Shown in pieces: positions 23,656 through 38,247 of a stretch of DNA of 64,000 nucleotides; position 1 is the first letter of the stretch, and each line of letters starts with the position of its first letter. This DNA is from Octopus sinensis. Its lineage: Eukaryota. The translations under genes and the position numbers were made by a program. The stretch is taken from NCBI RefSeq assembly GCF_006345805.1, contig NW_021833893.1:336001-400000 (forward strand). Direction: 5' to 3'. Below the pieces are notes generated by a model. It was given only the letters and a program-made list of their open reading frames with translations, ran no database searches and was not told where the DNA came from.

Positions 23656-25704
23656 ATACGGTCTTTACATTTTTCAGGTTTTGTCATCGGTGGTGAAGGG
23701 AGTAGTAAGGAATTAATGTATTGGTTGTTTTATACTTTTGACTTGCATCGCATGAGCCTTGGCTGGTAGACGACATCGGCAATTCTAATGTGGATTGAGT
23801 GATCGAAAGCTTTATTCACAATGGAGAAATATTTAGCAAACTCCTCTCATAGTTTCATAGGTGTTGCAACAAGAACAGCGTCTAAAATAATTTCAATCAA
23901 CCATTTTAGCTTAGATTTGATGTCTATGTCCCTTATGAAACAAATTTTAAAAACAAGTCAGACACAAGAAACAATTGTTATTTAGTGGCATGATAGATCG
24001 AGATTTTGCTTTTGCTTCCATTTTTTCAGTACTTATGAGCACCCAGACGGTTTATTATATAGGTTTTGTCCATTTTATCTCTATATTGATTGCGATTCAA
24101 TGAAGTTTTCTTTTTCAAATGTTTCTGAAGTAACTTTCGGGTTGCCTTTGAGTTTGTCCTTGTAGCTCAACCATGGTCTTCTGGCGTAAAGAAATATTTA
24201 GCAAACTCCTCTCGTAGTTTGATAGGTGTTGTAAAAAGAGCAGCAGCATCAGAAAATAAGAAGTCACGTATTTTCTATTTTAGCTCCAAAACCCTGTTAA
24301 CTGAAAAAGCCGCAACTAGTCAGGAATTGGATACCTGAATCGCAATTTCCATAAGCACGGTGCGTTATGACTAACAAGATAAGCACTGAAAGAACTGGAA
24401 TAATGACACCACACACCGAAAAAAATAAATAGGAGAATTTGAATAATATCTGTTATATGACGAAAACCTTATATAACATTGATTGCATAAGTAAACTTTA
24501 AAATTCATAATGGACTCCAGATAATGTTATGGTATCAATAACCTTAAGTAATGTTTTAAACAAGATCTAAGACTTTTCTTAAATATCCAGCGACAGGAGG
24601 ATAACGTTTCTCACCATAAGAAGTTAAGGATGCGAATATCTAAGTCTCCATTTTGTCTGTGAAAATGGATAGAGAGATGTGTTGGTGGCTGTCCGATTTC
24701 TGAGATCTCAGTGGAATTTTCCTATATTTAAAAAAATTATGTTTGGCGGGTAGCCTACTGATTACCGTTCATCTTCATTTTCACTCTAGTTAGTATATAC
24801 ATATATAAACATAGATGCATACATATTCACATACGTACACATACATACATACATACATACATACATACATACATACATACATACATACATACATACATAC
24901 ATAGACTGATACATACACCCACATACTTACATTTACAAAGAGTTGTGCATACATACACATATGTATACACGCATACTTAAGTATACACATACCCGCACAT
25001 AAGTACATATATATTCAACCATACACTCTCATATACGTACACGCACGTGCACACACTCATACACTGACACACACGCATACACACTTTCATATGTGCCTAT
25101 GTATATATACGCACGTGATTATAATATCGATACCTAGTATAAGCACAAAATTTTGCATTTTACAAGAAGGCACAACCATTTTAACTCGGTTGTATTGCTT
25201 AGCTGTAATTTCTATAAATTTCTGTAATTTCTATTGATTAAGTTGGCACACTAGATTAAATCAGTTCCTGTACTGGACTTATACGTTCTTTTAACGAAGA
25301 AAGAAGAAAGTAAAGCTAAGAGATTTGAATACATAGATGATATTCTGAAGAAGATAACGCAAATAATCCAGCCACTGGCTGATTTAGTGGTTATTTTAAT
25401 TCTCACTAGTCTCTCCTCATCGCAACCTTCTCATTTCCTTGTTTTCCCATCACATAGTTTCTTATGCCTTGTGCACTTTTGATGGTTTCACTGTAAATGT
25501 GTGATGGTTATAAAACTGCAAACACTGCGAAGGCGTCTTAAATATCCCACTGAAGATAAGTCTTTATCACAAAATCAACATTTTAGCAAAGTGTCCGAAA
25601 CATTCAGCTTACAGTCTTGCAAAACCTAGATAAAAACAATTTATTTCCCGCAGGCCCAACCGGTTTCAATTTTCAGTTGGAATTTAGTACAATTAATTTA
25701 TTTA

Positions 25705-25936
25705 TATGTTTCTATATTACCCACAAGGGGCTAAACATAGAGGGGACAAACAAGGACAGACAAACGGATTAAGTCATTGCATCGACCCCAGTGCATAACT
25801 GGTACTTAATTTATCGACCCCGAAAGGATGAAAGGCAAAGTCGACCTCGGCGGAATTTGAACTCAGAACGTAACGGCAGACGAAATACAGCTACGCATTT
25901 CGCCCGGCGTGCTAACGGTTCTGCCAGCTCGCCGCC
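25705..25936 (-). mobile_element. tRNA-derived SINE, family C (young copy)
   Basis: GGCGGCGAGCTGGCAGAA...GAGTTCAAATTCC head, then GAGGTCGACTTTGCCTTTCATCCTTTCGGGGTCGATAAATTAAGTACCAG, which resembles the MetaSINE central domain from memory. Confidence 0.8.
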
Positions 25937-26736
25937 GTAATTTATTTATTTATAAATGTCATAAAAATGCCATTAGATGCTTCATACGAAATCATTTTAT
26001 TCAGCAACGAGATTTTACATTTACCGCTAATAAGACACTGACCAGTGCAAAGTCGCTCAATCTAGAAGCAACAACTAAATAACTCTCAGATGAATTAAAA
26101 AAAAGCTCATTAAATAATGTTGTCTTAGATACACTACACTAAGAAAAAATAGGGATGGTCACTTGTGGAACGTTTTCGACCAAATGTATTTTTTATATGG
26201 ATCTGATGCAAAACAACCTTTCTAATAACACCTTTTAAAATAATCTTTTAAGTTATGTGTGTATTTGTATATGTGTATTTATATGCGCGTGCTTTTATAT
26301 GTGTGTATGTGTTTATGTATGTTTTCGCATTATATTTCAGCAGCCATTTTAAACATAAATTTCTCCTTAGTTTGTATTACTATTCATTGCTATTTCCAAA
26401 GATACTTTACAGATTTCCTTTAGAGAAATAAGATTTGTAAAAGTATCGATTTCTGCAATATTTACGAATCAAAACCAATTTACAGTAGCATCTGTAATTT
26501 ACTGCATCAAGGTCACGAACACACCACCTAGATCCACCCCTTTATCTTCCACTTTCACCCGCACTTATAATACTTGTCTCCTTTCAATCTTCTATGAACT
26601 AATTTCCTTACATTTAATTTCGTACTAGTTTACTTTATCTTTGCTTCCAGTTTGAGTTTCTAACACTTGTTTATCCCTAGTTTTATTCCCTCTCTCTCCA
26701 TAATTGGTGAAGGTTTATTGGTAACCTACTCTCCTT

Positions 26737-26782
<46 letters not shown>

Positions 26783-26819
26783 CACACACACACACCACAC
26801 ACACACACACTAGTGGGCT

Positions 26820-27200
26820 CTTGTGTAAAAATTTCCTGGAAGCTACGTTCTCACTCTCGACGTCAAGAAAATATTCGACCATGTCTGGCATGGGAATCCG
26901 GTGCGGCTGCTCGCCAATAGGTTCCACGTGTCTTGACTTCCACATTTCTTGCCTCGATAAGTTTCAATCAGAAGGCTCTATCACCGCGTCTCTTGATAAC
27001 ACTTTTCCATCTGTTGTATCAACTCTGGTATACTCCAGTGTTAGGTTTTATCCCCTGCAATCTTCTTAACTTACTACCATAATCAACCGATACGTACTTC
27101 CGTAGACAACATTGCCCTTTATTCTTCCCTAGCCTTCCACTCGTAACCAAGACACATCACGTTAAACCTTCTCTGGCTCGGTGAACAGTGACTTAAAAAA
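26820..27200 (+). pseudogene. Jockey/CR1-group LINE RT fragment
   Basis: LTLDVKKIFDHVWH (cf. LDxxKAFDxVWH), SINSGxxQxxVLSP-like and xVDNIAL-like motifs across frameshifts. Confidence 0.6.
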
Positions 27201-27529
27201 TAACAGCAATATGTCAATTCCCCGTCGTTCACACAGCAACAATGCGGAAATACTATTCATATTAAGGAAACATAATTACTCCACACTTTTAATCATGAGA
27301 ATCACTCAACTAGAGTCCTCATGATCACTACAAATGGTTTATTATCACCTCCGAACTCGCCTAGGAACTTTCAATATTCTGCGCTGGTCAGTTTAGTAAG
27401 ATAAAATTATAAAATTAACAAGTCTAGCCCTCCAGAGGGAAGAAAAATTATAGACTAACAGAGTTCCTAAATCACATTCATCTATGACAATAAACAAGAA
27501 CAAGAAAAACAACAATAATGATATCAAAA

Positions 27530-27940
27530 GGCCTGAAATTTTGGGGGAAGGGGCAAGTCAGTTACATTGACTCCAGTACTTGACTGATAATTATTTTATC
27601 GGCACCGAGGAAGCAAAGGCCAAGTTGACCTCGGCAACATTTGATCTCAGAACGCAAAGACGGGCGAAATGTCGCTAAGCATTTTGTCCTGCGTGTTTAT
27701 GATTCTGGCTGCTCACCGCCTGTATAATAGTTATGGTTTCAAATTTTGTCATTAAAGCAGTAAATTCGGGGTAGGCGCAAAGTCGATTACATCGACTTCA
27801 GTGGTCAGCTGGTACTTATTTTGTCGACCCTAAAAGGATGAAGGTTCAAGTTTACCCTAGTGGAATTTGAACTTCATAAGATGGACAAAATGCCGCTAAG
27901 TATTTTGCCCAAAGTACTAATGATTCTGTCAGCTCGTCGA
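27530..27940 (-). mobile_element. Two tandem SINE family C copies
   Basis: Both homologous to 25705-25936. Confidence 0.7.
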
Positions 27941-27959
27941 CTTAACACCAACAACAACG

Positions 27960-29250
27960 AAGAATGGTCCAAAGGACAATGGAAACATACTAAAGGAGGT
28001 GTGAAGACATATATTGAAACAAAATAAGAAAGGGTTTAAAACTGTTTTCGAAAATTTAAAACAACGTAGTCGGGCAAAAACATTGAAAGTGCAACGCTAC
28101 ACTTATAGTAAATCGCAGTTTCATCAAAACAGGTTATTTACAAATAACCAGAGGCAGATTTTTAAGAGCTTGGATGGAACACAGAAGGTAATATATCCCC
28201 CGGAACAGAGGAAACCCGCCAAATTTGGAATAACACCTGGTGGCAAGTGGTTTCCCGCAACCACGGTACTGAGTGGAGTCATTCCGTGAGACCCGAACTC
28301 CTGAGGCTCCAAGGCAGGATCATGTACGCATAACAAGGGAAGATGTAATCACACGGGTATCAAAACTGGAGAGCGGCAGGGTCAGATGGAATCCAAGGCT
28401 ACTGACTCAAGTGCCTTAGGCTAACATGCAAACGAATTGCTTTGCAATCAGACGATTGCCTACAGAATGGATTGTAGAGGGAAAGACAGCATTGTTGATG
28501 AAAGATCGGTCAAAGGGCAATGAGGTTGGTAATTGTCGATCCATTGCTTCTCTTAAACTCTTATGGAAAGTGTTAACAGGCATCCCCACAAGAAAAATAT
28601 AAGTTCCTTGTGGAAAATCTACTCCCGGTAGAAAAAAATGGATACCAAAAAGGATCCAAGCGCACCAACGACCTCTCTGTAATAGACAAAATCGTAATGA
28701 AGAACTGCAAATGATACCAAATCCGCCGCAAATCGTATGCATGGTCTGGATGGAGTTTAAAAGGGCTTATGACATTCTTCCACATTCATAGGTTTTTGAA
28801 ACACTCACCATGTGTAGAGCTGCTGAGAATGTGCGTGCACTGATCAGCAACAACATGCCTAATCCGAAAACACGTTTTTCTACAACAACTAGCATTTAGC
28901 CGAGCTAAATACCAAAAGAGGTATCTACCAGGGAGATTCTTGTTCACCTGTGCTATTTCTTATAGCTTTGATCCCACTTTCTGTAGTTCTATGCAAAGTT
29001 TTCGCGTACTACAAGCTCAGGAAGAATGGACCTCATCTCAAACACCTCTTCATGGATGATTTAAAACTGTTTGCAAAAACAGAGCCTGAAATAGAGAAGC
29101 TGGTCGAGACTACAGATGTGCAGCAAGGATACAGGAATGGAATTCGGGATCTCAAAGTGTGCCGTGCTCACTTTGAAACTGAAGAAAAAATGCAGATTTC
29201 AGAGGCAATAGAATTGTCAAACGGAGAGCGAATGGGAGACCCATCAACAT
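27960..29250 (+). pseudogene. Old R4-clade-like LINE RT fragment
   Basis: QNRLFTNNQRQIFK, NWRAAGSDGIQGY, NCRSIASL, KRGIYQGDSCSPVLF, HLFMDDLKLFAK; many frameshifts. Confidence 0.75.
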
Positions 29251-32200
29251 ATAGGCTGTTGTCCAACAACGGGAGAGTCTATGACATATATATATATATA
29301 TATATATTATATATACACATACATACATACATACATATATCCATACATACATATATTCATACATATATATATATACATACACATGTGTGTGTCTATGTGT
29401 ATGTGTGAGTGCATGATTGTTAGTGTATATGCAGGTTATAGAGAAATGCACACAAAGACACAGACATTCCTATACAGTCACAAAACTCGCTATAAATAAT
29501 AGCCACGTTTTCTTAAAGTAAATGCCACATCATCTAAAACAAAACGACACATTAGATAATGCATTTACATATATCCTAAAAAGTGGGGATGGTTATAGCT
29601 GGTACGTCTTTGACTATGGATGTTTTCTATCAAGGTGGACTAGCAGAAAACAATACCAACAAATCATGTGTCACGATATACATAGGTGAATAAACATTAA
29701 CGCACGCACGAATTCACGAACATTCATAATAATCATACGCAAGTACTTTTTTGGCCGAAGAAGTTATAATTGGCGCATACAAACTTGTGCACTTGCGTGA
29801 TATGAACTCACTTTGATTACTGAACATATTGGTTGCTGTCAAAAGCCTCTCAGACAGAAACATAACATATAAATAGACCATCACGATAAATCGAGAATCA
29901 TACACGAAATTTCTTTCTAATTTAATATCCTCTTCTTTCTCCTTCCCATGTTATCTCTCTTCCTCTACTTCGTTCTTAACTTGCTCATCATCACCTTCAT
30001 AATTTATTTTACTATAACCATATGTCTACGGACAGGGAGAATGCCAGTCGGATCAAAACTATTTATATAACCTGCTCATTTCTTCATCCACATTTGCTGA
30101 TGACTGTGGGAAGTAAATGAACTTTACACTTTTCATTGTCTCTCTATCATGAAGTTAACCGAATATTTCACTAATATTTCACTGAAAATAAAGAGTGTCT
30201 AATAAATAATAATTTCTGATTTAGGCAGAAGTACAAAAATTTTTAGTGAAGTGGGACTCGTTGATTTAATCAATACCAGTAGTTTAATGAGACTATATTT
30301 TATGATCCTAATTTGCCTAAACGTAGCTGGTCTCACAAAAGATTACACACCTTTTAGGGGGTGGAGCGTAGTCGGTCACCACTACCATCAATTTTCCTTG
30401 CACTCATATTTTTTTTCTCTGAATGAAATTATGAAGTCAGTAATGCCAACGGTTTTAGCGACAAGGTTGCAGAAATGACTCATACCACTACCAACTTCAC
30501 TAGAGAAAATTATCTTCCAGTTTTCTCTAATACGTTAACCGCCCAGAAGCAATGCGTGCAAGAGTAGAAACATAAAAACAGCAAAAATAATAACAAGAAA
30601 AGCAATTGTAACGACAACGAGTGAAATATGTTTCAACAACATAAGCAGCAACACAACAAACAAAATCACCGGTAACAACAGTAGCAGCAAAAAGAACCAC
30701 CACAACAGGAGCGGCTGCAGCAAAAGCAACAACAGCGCGACAGCACCAGCAGTAGGAAAACCAACAACAATAACAATAACAACATCAGCAATAACAACAT
30801 CAATAATAACAACAGCGCCAGCAATAATAATAACAGCAGCAACAACAAGAAATACCAATACACATCCAAGTAGAAAGAGAAAAAAAATAGGAGCAGACAT
30901 GAATCATATGATTAGGGCAAGGCAATTCAGAATCGTAGAGGTCTTCTTGTAAAGTGAAGCCCTCACCAAAAAGCGCTCCATAGATGCCATACGCGATAGA
31001 GAACGCGCCATCTATACAACTTATCTAAAGAGAAGGCCCTGTCTCCTTAGAGAGTTTCTTCTGGGTTGGATATCAAGTTGATGTTGGCCTGTATTAACTT
31101 AGAGAGCAGTAACAGCTCAACGTTAACCGAACAAGTTTGGTATCTTCTCATGATCAGGTGGCTTTCAGATGATTATCAATAGCAGTGTGCAAGTTAGTTA
31201 TTATATTCCAGATACTCTTCCTCAAAGCCATTCTTCTTCATTTATTTGATTTCTAGTTTGCTTTAATTGGTAGTTGAGGAAAGTGTTGTAGACATGATTC
31301 CAACTCTTTGTCATGTTTAAAGAATAGTTGCAGCTTTTCCTATCCACAAGTTCTTTGCGAATTTGCGATGATCTCTTGTTTTGGATGTTTTTTAATTATG
31401 CTCCTGTTACGGTGATATATTACTGAAGAATTTATTTTATCTTCGTTTTCTTTTTCTCAGATTTTTCGCCTTGCTATTGACTTCAATAAGAACTCAGCAT
31501 TTCTCTCATTTCCTATCTCTTTTATGAGTTTATTTTCTTTGCTGTTACCTAGACTTGTATTTCGTTACAGAAGGGACATCCCGCCCTTATCTTAAACTTA
31601 GTGGTTGAGGCGAATATTATTTCCTTTAACTCGGTCTTATTGATGCTCACTCCTTTTAAAAATTAAAACTGACGAAGTTTGAGTTTCGTTTGTTGTTGTT
31701 ACCTAATCGTTGAGGTATGTCATTGGAAGACATTTTCATTGGCCCAATGAAATGCCTATTATTTTAAATCTTAATTATATCTCAGTTTAGATAATCATGT
31801 TTATGATTTCCATCTATAGAAATTACTATTCTTACATTATCTCCGATTCCCCTTTCAATGACACATGATTTGATATATGAATTTACTGATTGTTATACGT
31901 GTAAGTCCATGCGAGAGATTGTTTTATAAAGTTTAAGCTTACCTTTTGTGTATCAATGGGAACACGATTTTCTTATGGTTCGTATCAATATCGCTTCCGC
32001 TCTTTCCTTGTGTAGGTTTTGTAGCTTTTCTTAACAAAACAAGATTTTTCTATTGTTTCTTTCATTGAACGGTAAAACTTTATAGTATATCTCGTACGTA
32101 TCACAAGTAAGTGCATAAATGTCTATTGTGTGAGTGTATTGCTCTGTATGTAGCTGTGTATCATTTACGGTTTCTCATCCTTTTTGTCCCTCTCTTTTCT

Positions 32201-32949
32201 CTTCCTTTTCTTCTCTTTTCTCTTCCCTTTTCCTCTTCTCTCTTCATATCCCTACTGTCTTTATTCATGTAGTGTGGTGTTGGGTTTTACTGTTGGGTTT
32301 TAGATTAGCCTTACTTAATGTTTTTCTAAGAAGGTGTGCATCAACGAACATGACACCCTGGTATTTTTTGCTGCCATACTAAGTGTTGGCCTTATTTATC
32401 TTATTACTGGTCTTTCCGTGCTGTTCCAAGATTTACTCCTGTATAGCAGACAGATTCATTTTACATCACTCTCTATGATGGCTTTGTACTTAACCCTGGT
32501 TCCTTTGTCCACTGTGTTTATTTGTAAAAAAAAAAGAAATGACCATCCCGAAGTACAACAATATCTGTTTCACACATATCTCACACAAGGAATCTTGCAA
32601 AACCAATTGACAAATCTATATGTGCATATATATACGTAAATAAGCGTATATGCACAATAAAGTATGTACACACACGAGCGTATTTAAAACATGCGTATTT
32701 ATTGAATATTAAATTAGTTCAACTTCAAATTGTGGATTGAAAAAAAAATCAATAATATAATTAAATTAATTGTGTAATAATATAATATGATATAGATTTT
32801 GGCCTCTACGAAATTTAAATGAGAAAACTTAAATGCTCTACCCCACCCCAAATGTTTTCAGTAAGCTCATTAAAGCTGTCCTCACCATCGTATTACAATC
32901 AAAGAATAAAATGATAAATAAATAAATGTTATGGAAATAATTAAGTAAA

Positions 32950-32987
32950 CAATAATAATAATAATAAAAATAATAATAATGATAATA

Positions 32988-33051
<64 letters not shown>

Positions 33052-33070
33052 GATAATAATAATAAAAAAA

Positions 33071-33101
<31 letters not shown>

Positions 33102-33102
33102 A

Positions 33103-33146
<44 letters not shown>

Positions 33147-33169
33147 TAATAATAATAATAATAATAACG

Positions 33170-33219
<50 letters not shown>

Positions 33220-33256
33220 TAATAATAATAATAACGATAATAATAATAAAAAAAAA

Positions 33257-33343
<87 letters not shown>

Positions 33344-33357
33344 TTATAATAATAACG

Positions 33358-33410
<53 letters not shown>
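32950..33410. repeat. (TAA)n microsatellite, ~460 bp
   Basis: Seen directly in the sequence. Confidence 0.95.
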
Positions 33411-33411
<1 letters not shown>

Positions 33412-35115
33412 TGCTAAATAGAACTGGATGCGGATATAAATGTTACGGCAAAACGATCAGCCACCTTTTATATATGGATGACCTAAAACTATACGCTGCA
33501 AATGACAAACAGCTTGAAACACTATTAAAGACAGTTCATGGATTTACCAAAGAAATAGATATGAAATTTGGATTAGAAAAATGCGCCAAAGTAACCCTGA
33601 AAAGAGGAAAACTAGGTAAGAGTAACAACATCACACTAGATAAAACCAATGAAATAAAACAATTAGACCAAAGCCAAACTTACAAATACTTAGGAATCCA
33701 TGAACTAGATAAGACACAACACACACAAATGAAAGAGAAAATAAAAAAAGAATATTATAGACGAGTTAGATCAATACTAAACACAGAGCTCAATGCTAAA
33801 AACAAGATAATAGGTATCAACACTTTAGCTGTCCCAGTTATAAGTTACAGCTACAATATCCTTAACTGGACACGAAATGAACTGACCAAAATAGATAGGA
33901 AAACAAGAAAAATAATGACAGGATCTAGGATGCATCACCCAAAATCTGACAGAAAAAGACTATATATACAACGTATAGAAGGTGGTAGAGACATTATACA
34001 GCTGGAAAACTACTATAAAATAACCACCATAGGACTGCAAAAATATCTACTTCAGAAGGAAGGAAAACTGATCCAGATAGCAGCAAAACAAAAAACTGTT
34101 CTCAGTATTTAAGGAAGCTGACAAATACAAACAAGAAATCATACCACCTAATAAACATGAAGAAGAAGAAGAAGATGAAGAAACAACAAAAGCTATAAAA
34201 CAAATGAAATCCAAACTAAAAATAGAACAGCAATGAACCATGATAAAACGATGGCAAGAAAAGCCCCTTCATGGTAAATACTGGACTAAACTAAACGCAA
34301 AAGAAATAGACAAAGAAAAATCCCAGCAATGGTTGAGAAGCTCAGGACTCAAAGCAGAAACAGAGGGATTTTTAATTGCAGCACAAGACCAAAGCCTCCT
34401 CACCAGAAATTACCAAAAACATGTAATGAAAAGAAATATTACAAGTAACTGCAGAATATGTGGAGATGGACAAGAAACAATAAATCATATTATCTCTAGC
34501 TGCCCAGTCTTGGCTAAGAAGGAATATATTCACAGATATGACAGAGTTGGAACCTACATACATTGGAAGCTATGCCAACATTATGGAATAACAACAGAAA
34601 AAAGATGGTATAGGCACACACCAGAAAAGGTCACAGAAAACGAGAAAGCAACCATACTCTGGGATATGCCAATACACACAGATAGAGAAATTAAGGCCAA
34701 CAGACCAGATATAGTTGTCAGAGATCATGAAGAAAAAAATGCTTTCTAATTGATGTATCAATACCGGCTGATGACAACGTGTCTCTAAAAGAAATGGAGA
34801 AACTCTAAAAATACCAAGACCTGGAAATAGAGGTAACTAGAATGTGGAATCTGAAAACAGAAACAATTCCTATCATAGTAGGTGCATTACGCATGATAAA
34901 AAAATATTCAGACAAATACATAACAAAAACACCAGGACTTACAAACACATATAACATACAGAAAATTGCACTACTAGGCACTGCACACATCCTACGCAGA
35001 ACACTTTCCATACAATAACCATCAGATCATCACAACAAATCACAGCACATACCCAAGGCACACAGAGCTGTGCTCGGCAGTGAAGTGAAAGCACGCTATA
35101 AAAATAAAACTACTG
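33411..35115 (+). mobile_element. 5'-truncated R4/Dong-like LINE inserted in (TAA)n
   Basis: SHLLYMDDLKLY RT motif, KPLHGKY, CRICG..ETINHIISSC zinc finger, ANRPDIVV...LIDVSIP restriction-like endonuclease; (TAA)n on both sides; a few frameshifts and stops. Confidence 0.9.
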
Positions 35116-35154
35116 AATAATAATAATAATAATAATATAATAATAATAATAATA

Positions 35155-35196
<42 letters not shown>

Positions 35197-35325
35197 TAAT
35201 AATAATATTCTGTTTATTGTGATAGTTTTGTGATGTTTTTGAAGCTTTGATAATAATAAAGCATATTCGGTATTCCAGTAGTATTTTTTGCTACCTTGTT
35301 TCGCATTTATGTGCTTACTTTGGTA

Positions 35326-35745
35326 TCTGACGACGAGCTCGGGGCGAACCTGGACGTCGACGAGGAGTACCTGACCCGCCTGTTCAGGACGACTTTCGGG
35401 CCAGGGCCCATGGAAACTTCCAGAGATCCCTGGCCTGGCAGTGTTACCGAGAAGCGCTACCCGTTCGGGATAAGCTCTACAGACACGGCTCGAGAAACAC
35501 GGGGCCGACCTGCCCGAGATGCGGTCAGAGCGACGAAACCGTTCTGCACGCACTCGTGCAGTGTCCAACAATTTCCGACCTGTGGGCTTGTGTCCACCAG
35601 ATACATTCTTTCGCCATAGCCACAAGGATGATGAAAATAGCTCTCCCTTCCCGTTTGAAGGAAGGAGGCGTGACAATATTGACGATAGACTCAGCTGATA
35701 AACCGACTCGTCCCACACGTGACAGCAGTTGTTCGACACAAGGGG
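35326..35745. mobile_element. Tx1/L1-like ORF2 C-terminal fragment with internal inversion
   Basis: Plus strand SLAWQCYREALPVRDKL...CPRCGQSDETVLHALVQC (zf-RVT-like); the continuation CVEQLLSR...AKECIWW is on the minus strand, 35740 to 35595. Confidence 0.7.
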
Positions 35746-37807
35746 CTATTTCAAAAGCTGCAACTATAATCCACAATTCTTTCCAAAAGGATCGAAAAGA
35801 CAACGTTATAGCACTCGCAAGTAATGAATGGAAATTGGAATATACGGGAATTAAAAATTTCAACCTATTTAAGAATAAAGTGACCAAAAACAAATTTTAC
35901 ACAGAAGTCTCCAAAATTTGGCGTTTCTTTGTTAAATTCCAAATAAATGAGACAAATGAAATATTTACTAAATGCTGTCAACATGCTTTCATGTTGCAGA
36001 ATCAATATTTAACGCAATATGGCGATTAACTCTGTCACTAATCAAACAAAATAGCATAGGCACTCTGCATTTAAAATCGTCACCTACATAAATCACAACT
36101 TTGAGATCTGTGCTATCAACTGAGATAGGCCTTGTGGGTAGGGATTCGGTTATAGAAAGCTGAATGCAACGTTTCTGGTGCGCCGAGCAAATAGAGACTG
36201 GCTTAGCGAATTAGTTAATGGTCGATTATCAACAATAAATGGTAGTTCAAACTGAAAAATTCGATTAGAGTATAATCTATATGGTCACAGTGAAAGAAAA
36301 ACTTAGAATAGAGGAAGACATAGCTGGAAACGTTGAATAAGTGTTTAGGAAAGGCATCCTAATGTTCTGGCAGCGAAATTGGCCCTAGAAACGGAAAGCA
36401 TGAAAACTGCATTGTGTGAGTTGAGGCGCATGCTCTAAGACGGGAAGAGGCGAGAACCGTTTGATGTACTCGAGTGGCAAAAGTGTCACTAATATACAAT
36501 TAGGTATCAGCGGATAATAATAAGTGCATGTTATACGTGGATTTATGTATTGACTACATATCATACCGAGCTCAACTTTACTTTTCTTCATTCCGTGGGT
36601 GAGGAAACATATACCAGTAACATACGGTGTTGATAATTGGCTGATACCTCCAAGTAAACAAGTGAACTTATACCAATGACAGAAATCAATATTTTTACAT
36701 CGATATATGCACAACATTCGAGAAATGTACTATTGTTATTAGATTAGAAACGAATTTCCCTAAGAAACGCATACCTAATCATACATACATATGAAAGCAT
36801 GAACACAAATGCACACAATCTTGGACATGAATTATTCATTGATTTACACAAGCATAGTTGCATTTCATACAATATGTAGGTGTGTGAGTGTGCTTGTGTG
36901 TATAATGTGTTAACTATTACCGGAGTTTTCCTGGTAAATTCCTCAAAAATTATTTTCTAATTTCTCATGCTATTCACATGCTATATTTACACTTTTCAAA
37001 TGCTTTTAGAAATCCACAGCAGATTCACTGTGATTGACTTAAATATATATCGTAGACTTAATAAAATTAGTCGTAAATAAGCGCAAATCAATAGCTATTG
37101 AAATTTATGAAAAATATCATGAACAGGTATCCAATGGAGTTTGATTATCTGTCAGGTAAAAAGAAAACAACACTACCTGATGAAGTTTTAGTGTAAAAAA
37201 TAACATTTAGCAAAAATATTTAACAGTGTACTTAATGTGGATGTCTGCCAGGATTTAGAATTTGATTTATTGACATATTAAACGTTGTAGATTTGTCCTT
37301 TTATCTCTTGTATTCGTTTTTCGAACCATATCTGTAGAGGATGTTAGTCTCGCAAACTATTTCAGATTATTTCCAGGATTCGAAACAATATGATTTGCGT
37401 CATAGAGAAGTTATAGTGTGCTACATCTTTTAATTGCTTGTAGATGTAAATCTTTCAAAGTTGCTGTTAAGTTATTTTTTCAGAATTAATACTGAATGTA
37501 ATGTGGTCTAATCAATTTTAATGACAAAGTCGTTGGCGTACAACAGTAAAGCAGTGTTATGAGAACATAACACTTGATTATTTTCCTATCAATTTCTCCT
37601 TTTGTGATATTTGCACATCTTGCAAAAGTGAGACAGAGAAGAATAAACTATTGTCCTGTTTGGTTACATAATGAAACCCTGAACGTCAATGCAGTCTCAA
37701 TGAAGGAAATGTTAATCCATGTAATGTGCACTTACGTAATTCGCTTTTGTTTTCAAATAAAAAATACCCCTCTAGCAGAAACTAAACAGTTTGCAACAAA
37801 TATATCC

Positions 37808-37846
<39 letters not shown>

Positions 37847-37874
37847 TATATATATATTAATATATATATAAATA

Positions 37875-37928
<54 letters not shown>

Positions 37929-37931
37929 ATA

Positions 37932-38247
37932 TACAAATTGAGATAGGGGTTGTAAATGCAACCCTCTATGGGATAACGTATATCCAGTATACTGCTGTAA
38001 GATCTAATTTATACTTATATTTATATCTACTTGTATTTATATTCATTTTTATATATATTCTAATTATTATACAACATTACTCTTTTATGTACACTTTTTT
38101 ATGTACATTCCTTTATGTACACTGATTTGTTCTGCTTTTTATATTTAACCTACACTCTCTTATGTGGTGGTTTAATAAAGTATGTGATTGAGTATTATCT
38201 GGTAATTGATATTTGATTTAGATGTATTTCTCCATTTTCTTATCTTG
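37932..38247 (+). mobile_element. Copy of the 2176-2682 element lacking the HHR core
   Basis: Same 5' and 3' ends, ~200 bp internal deletion; flanked by (TA)n. Confidence 0.75.

Noticed and set aside
30535-30900. Hydrophobic ORFs here and at 50050-50373 and 51699-51974, plus the many YI/CV/HT-repeat ORFs
   Set aside because: They are translations of tri- and dinucleotide microsatellites.
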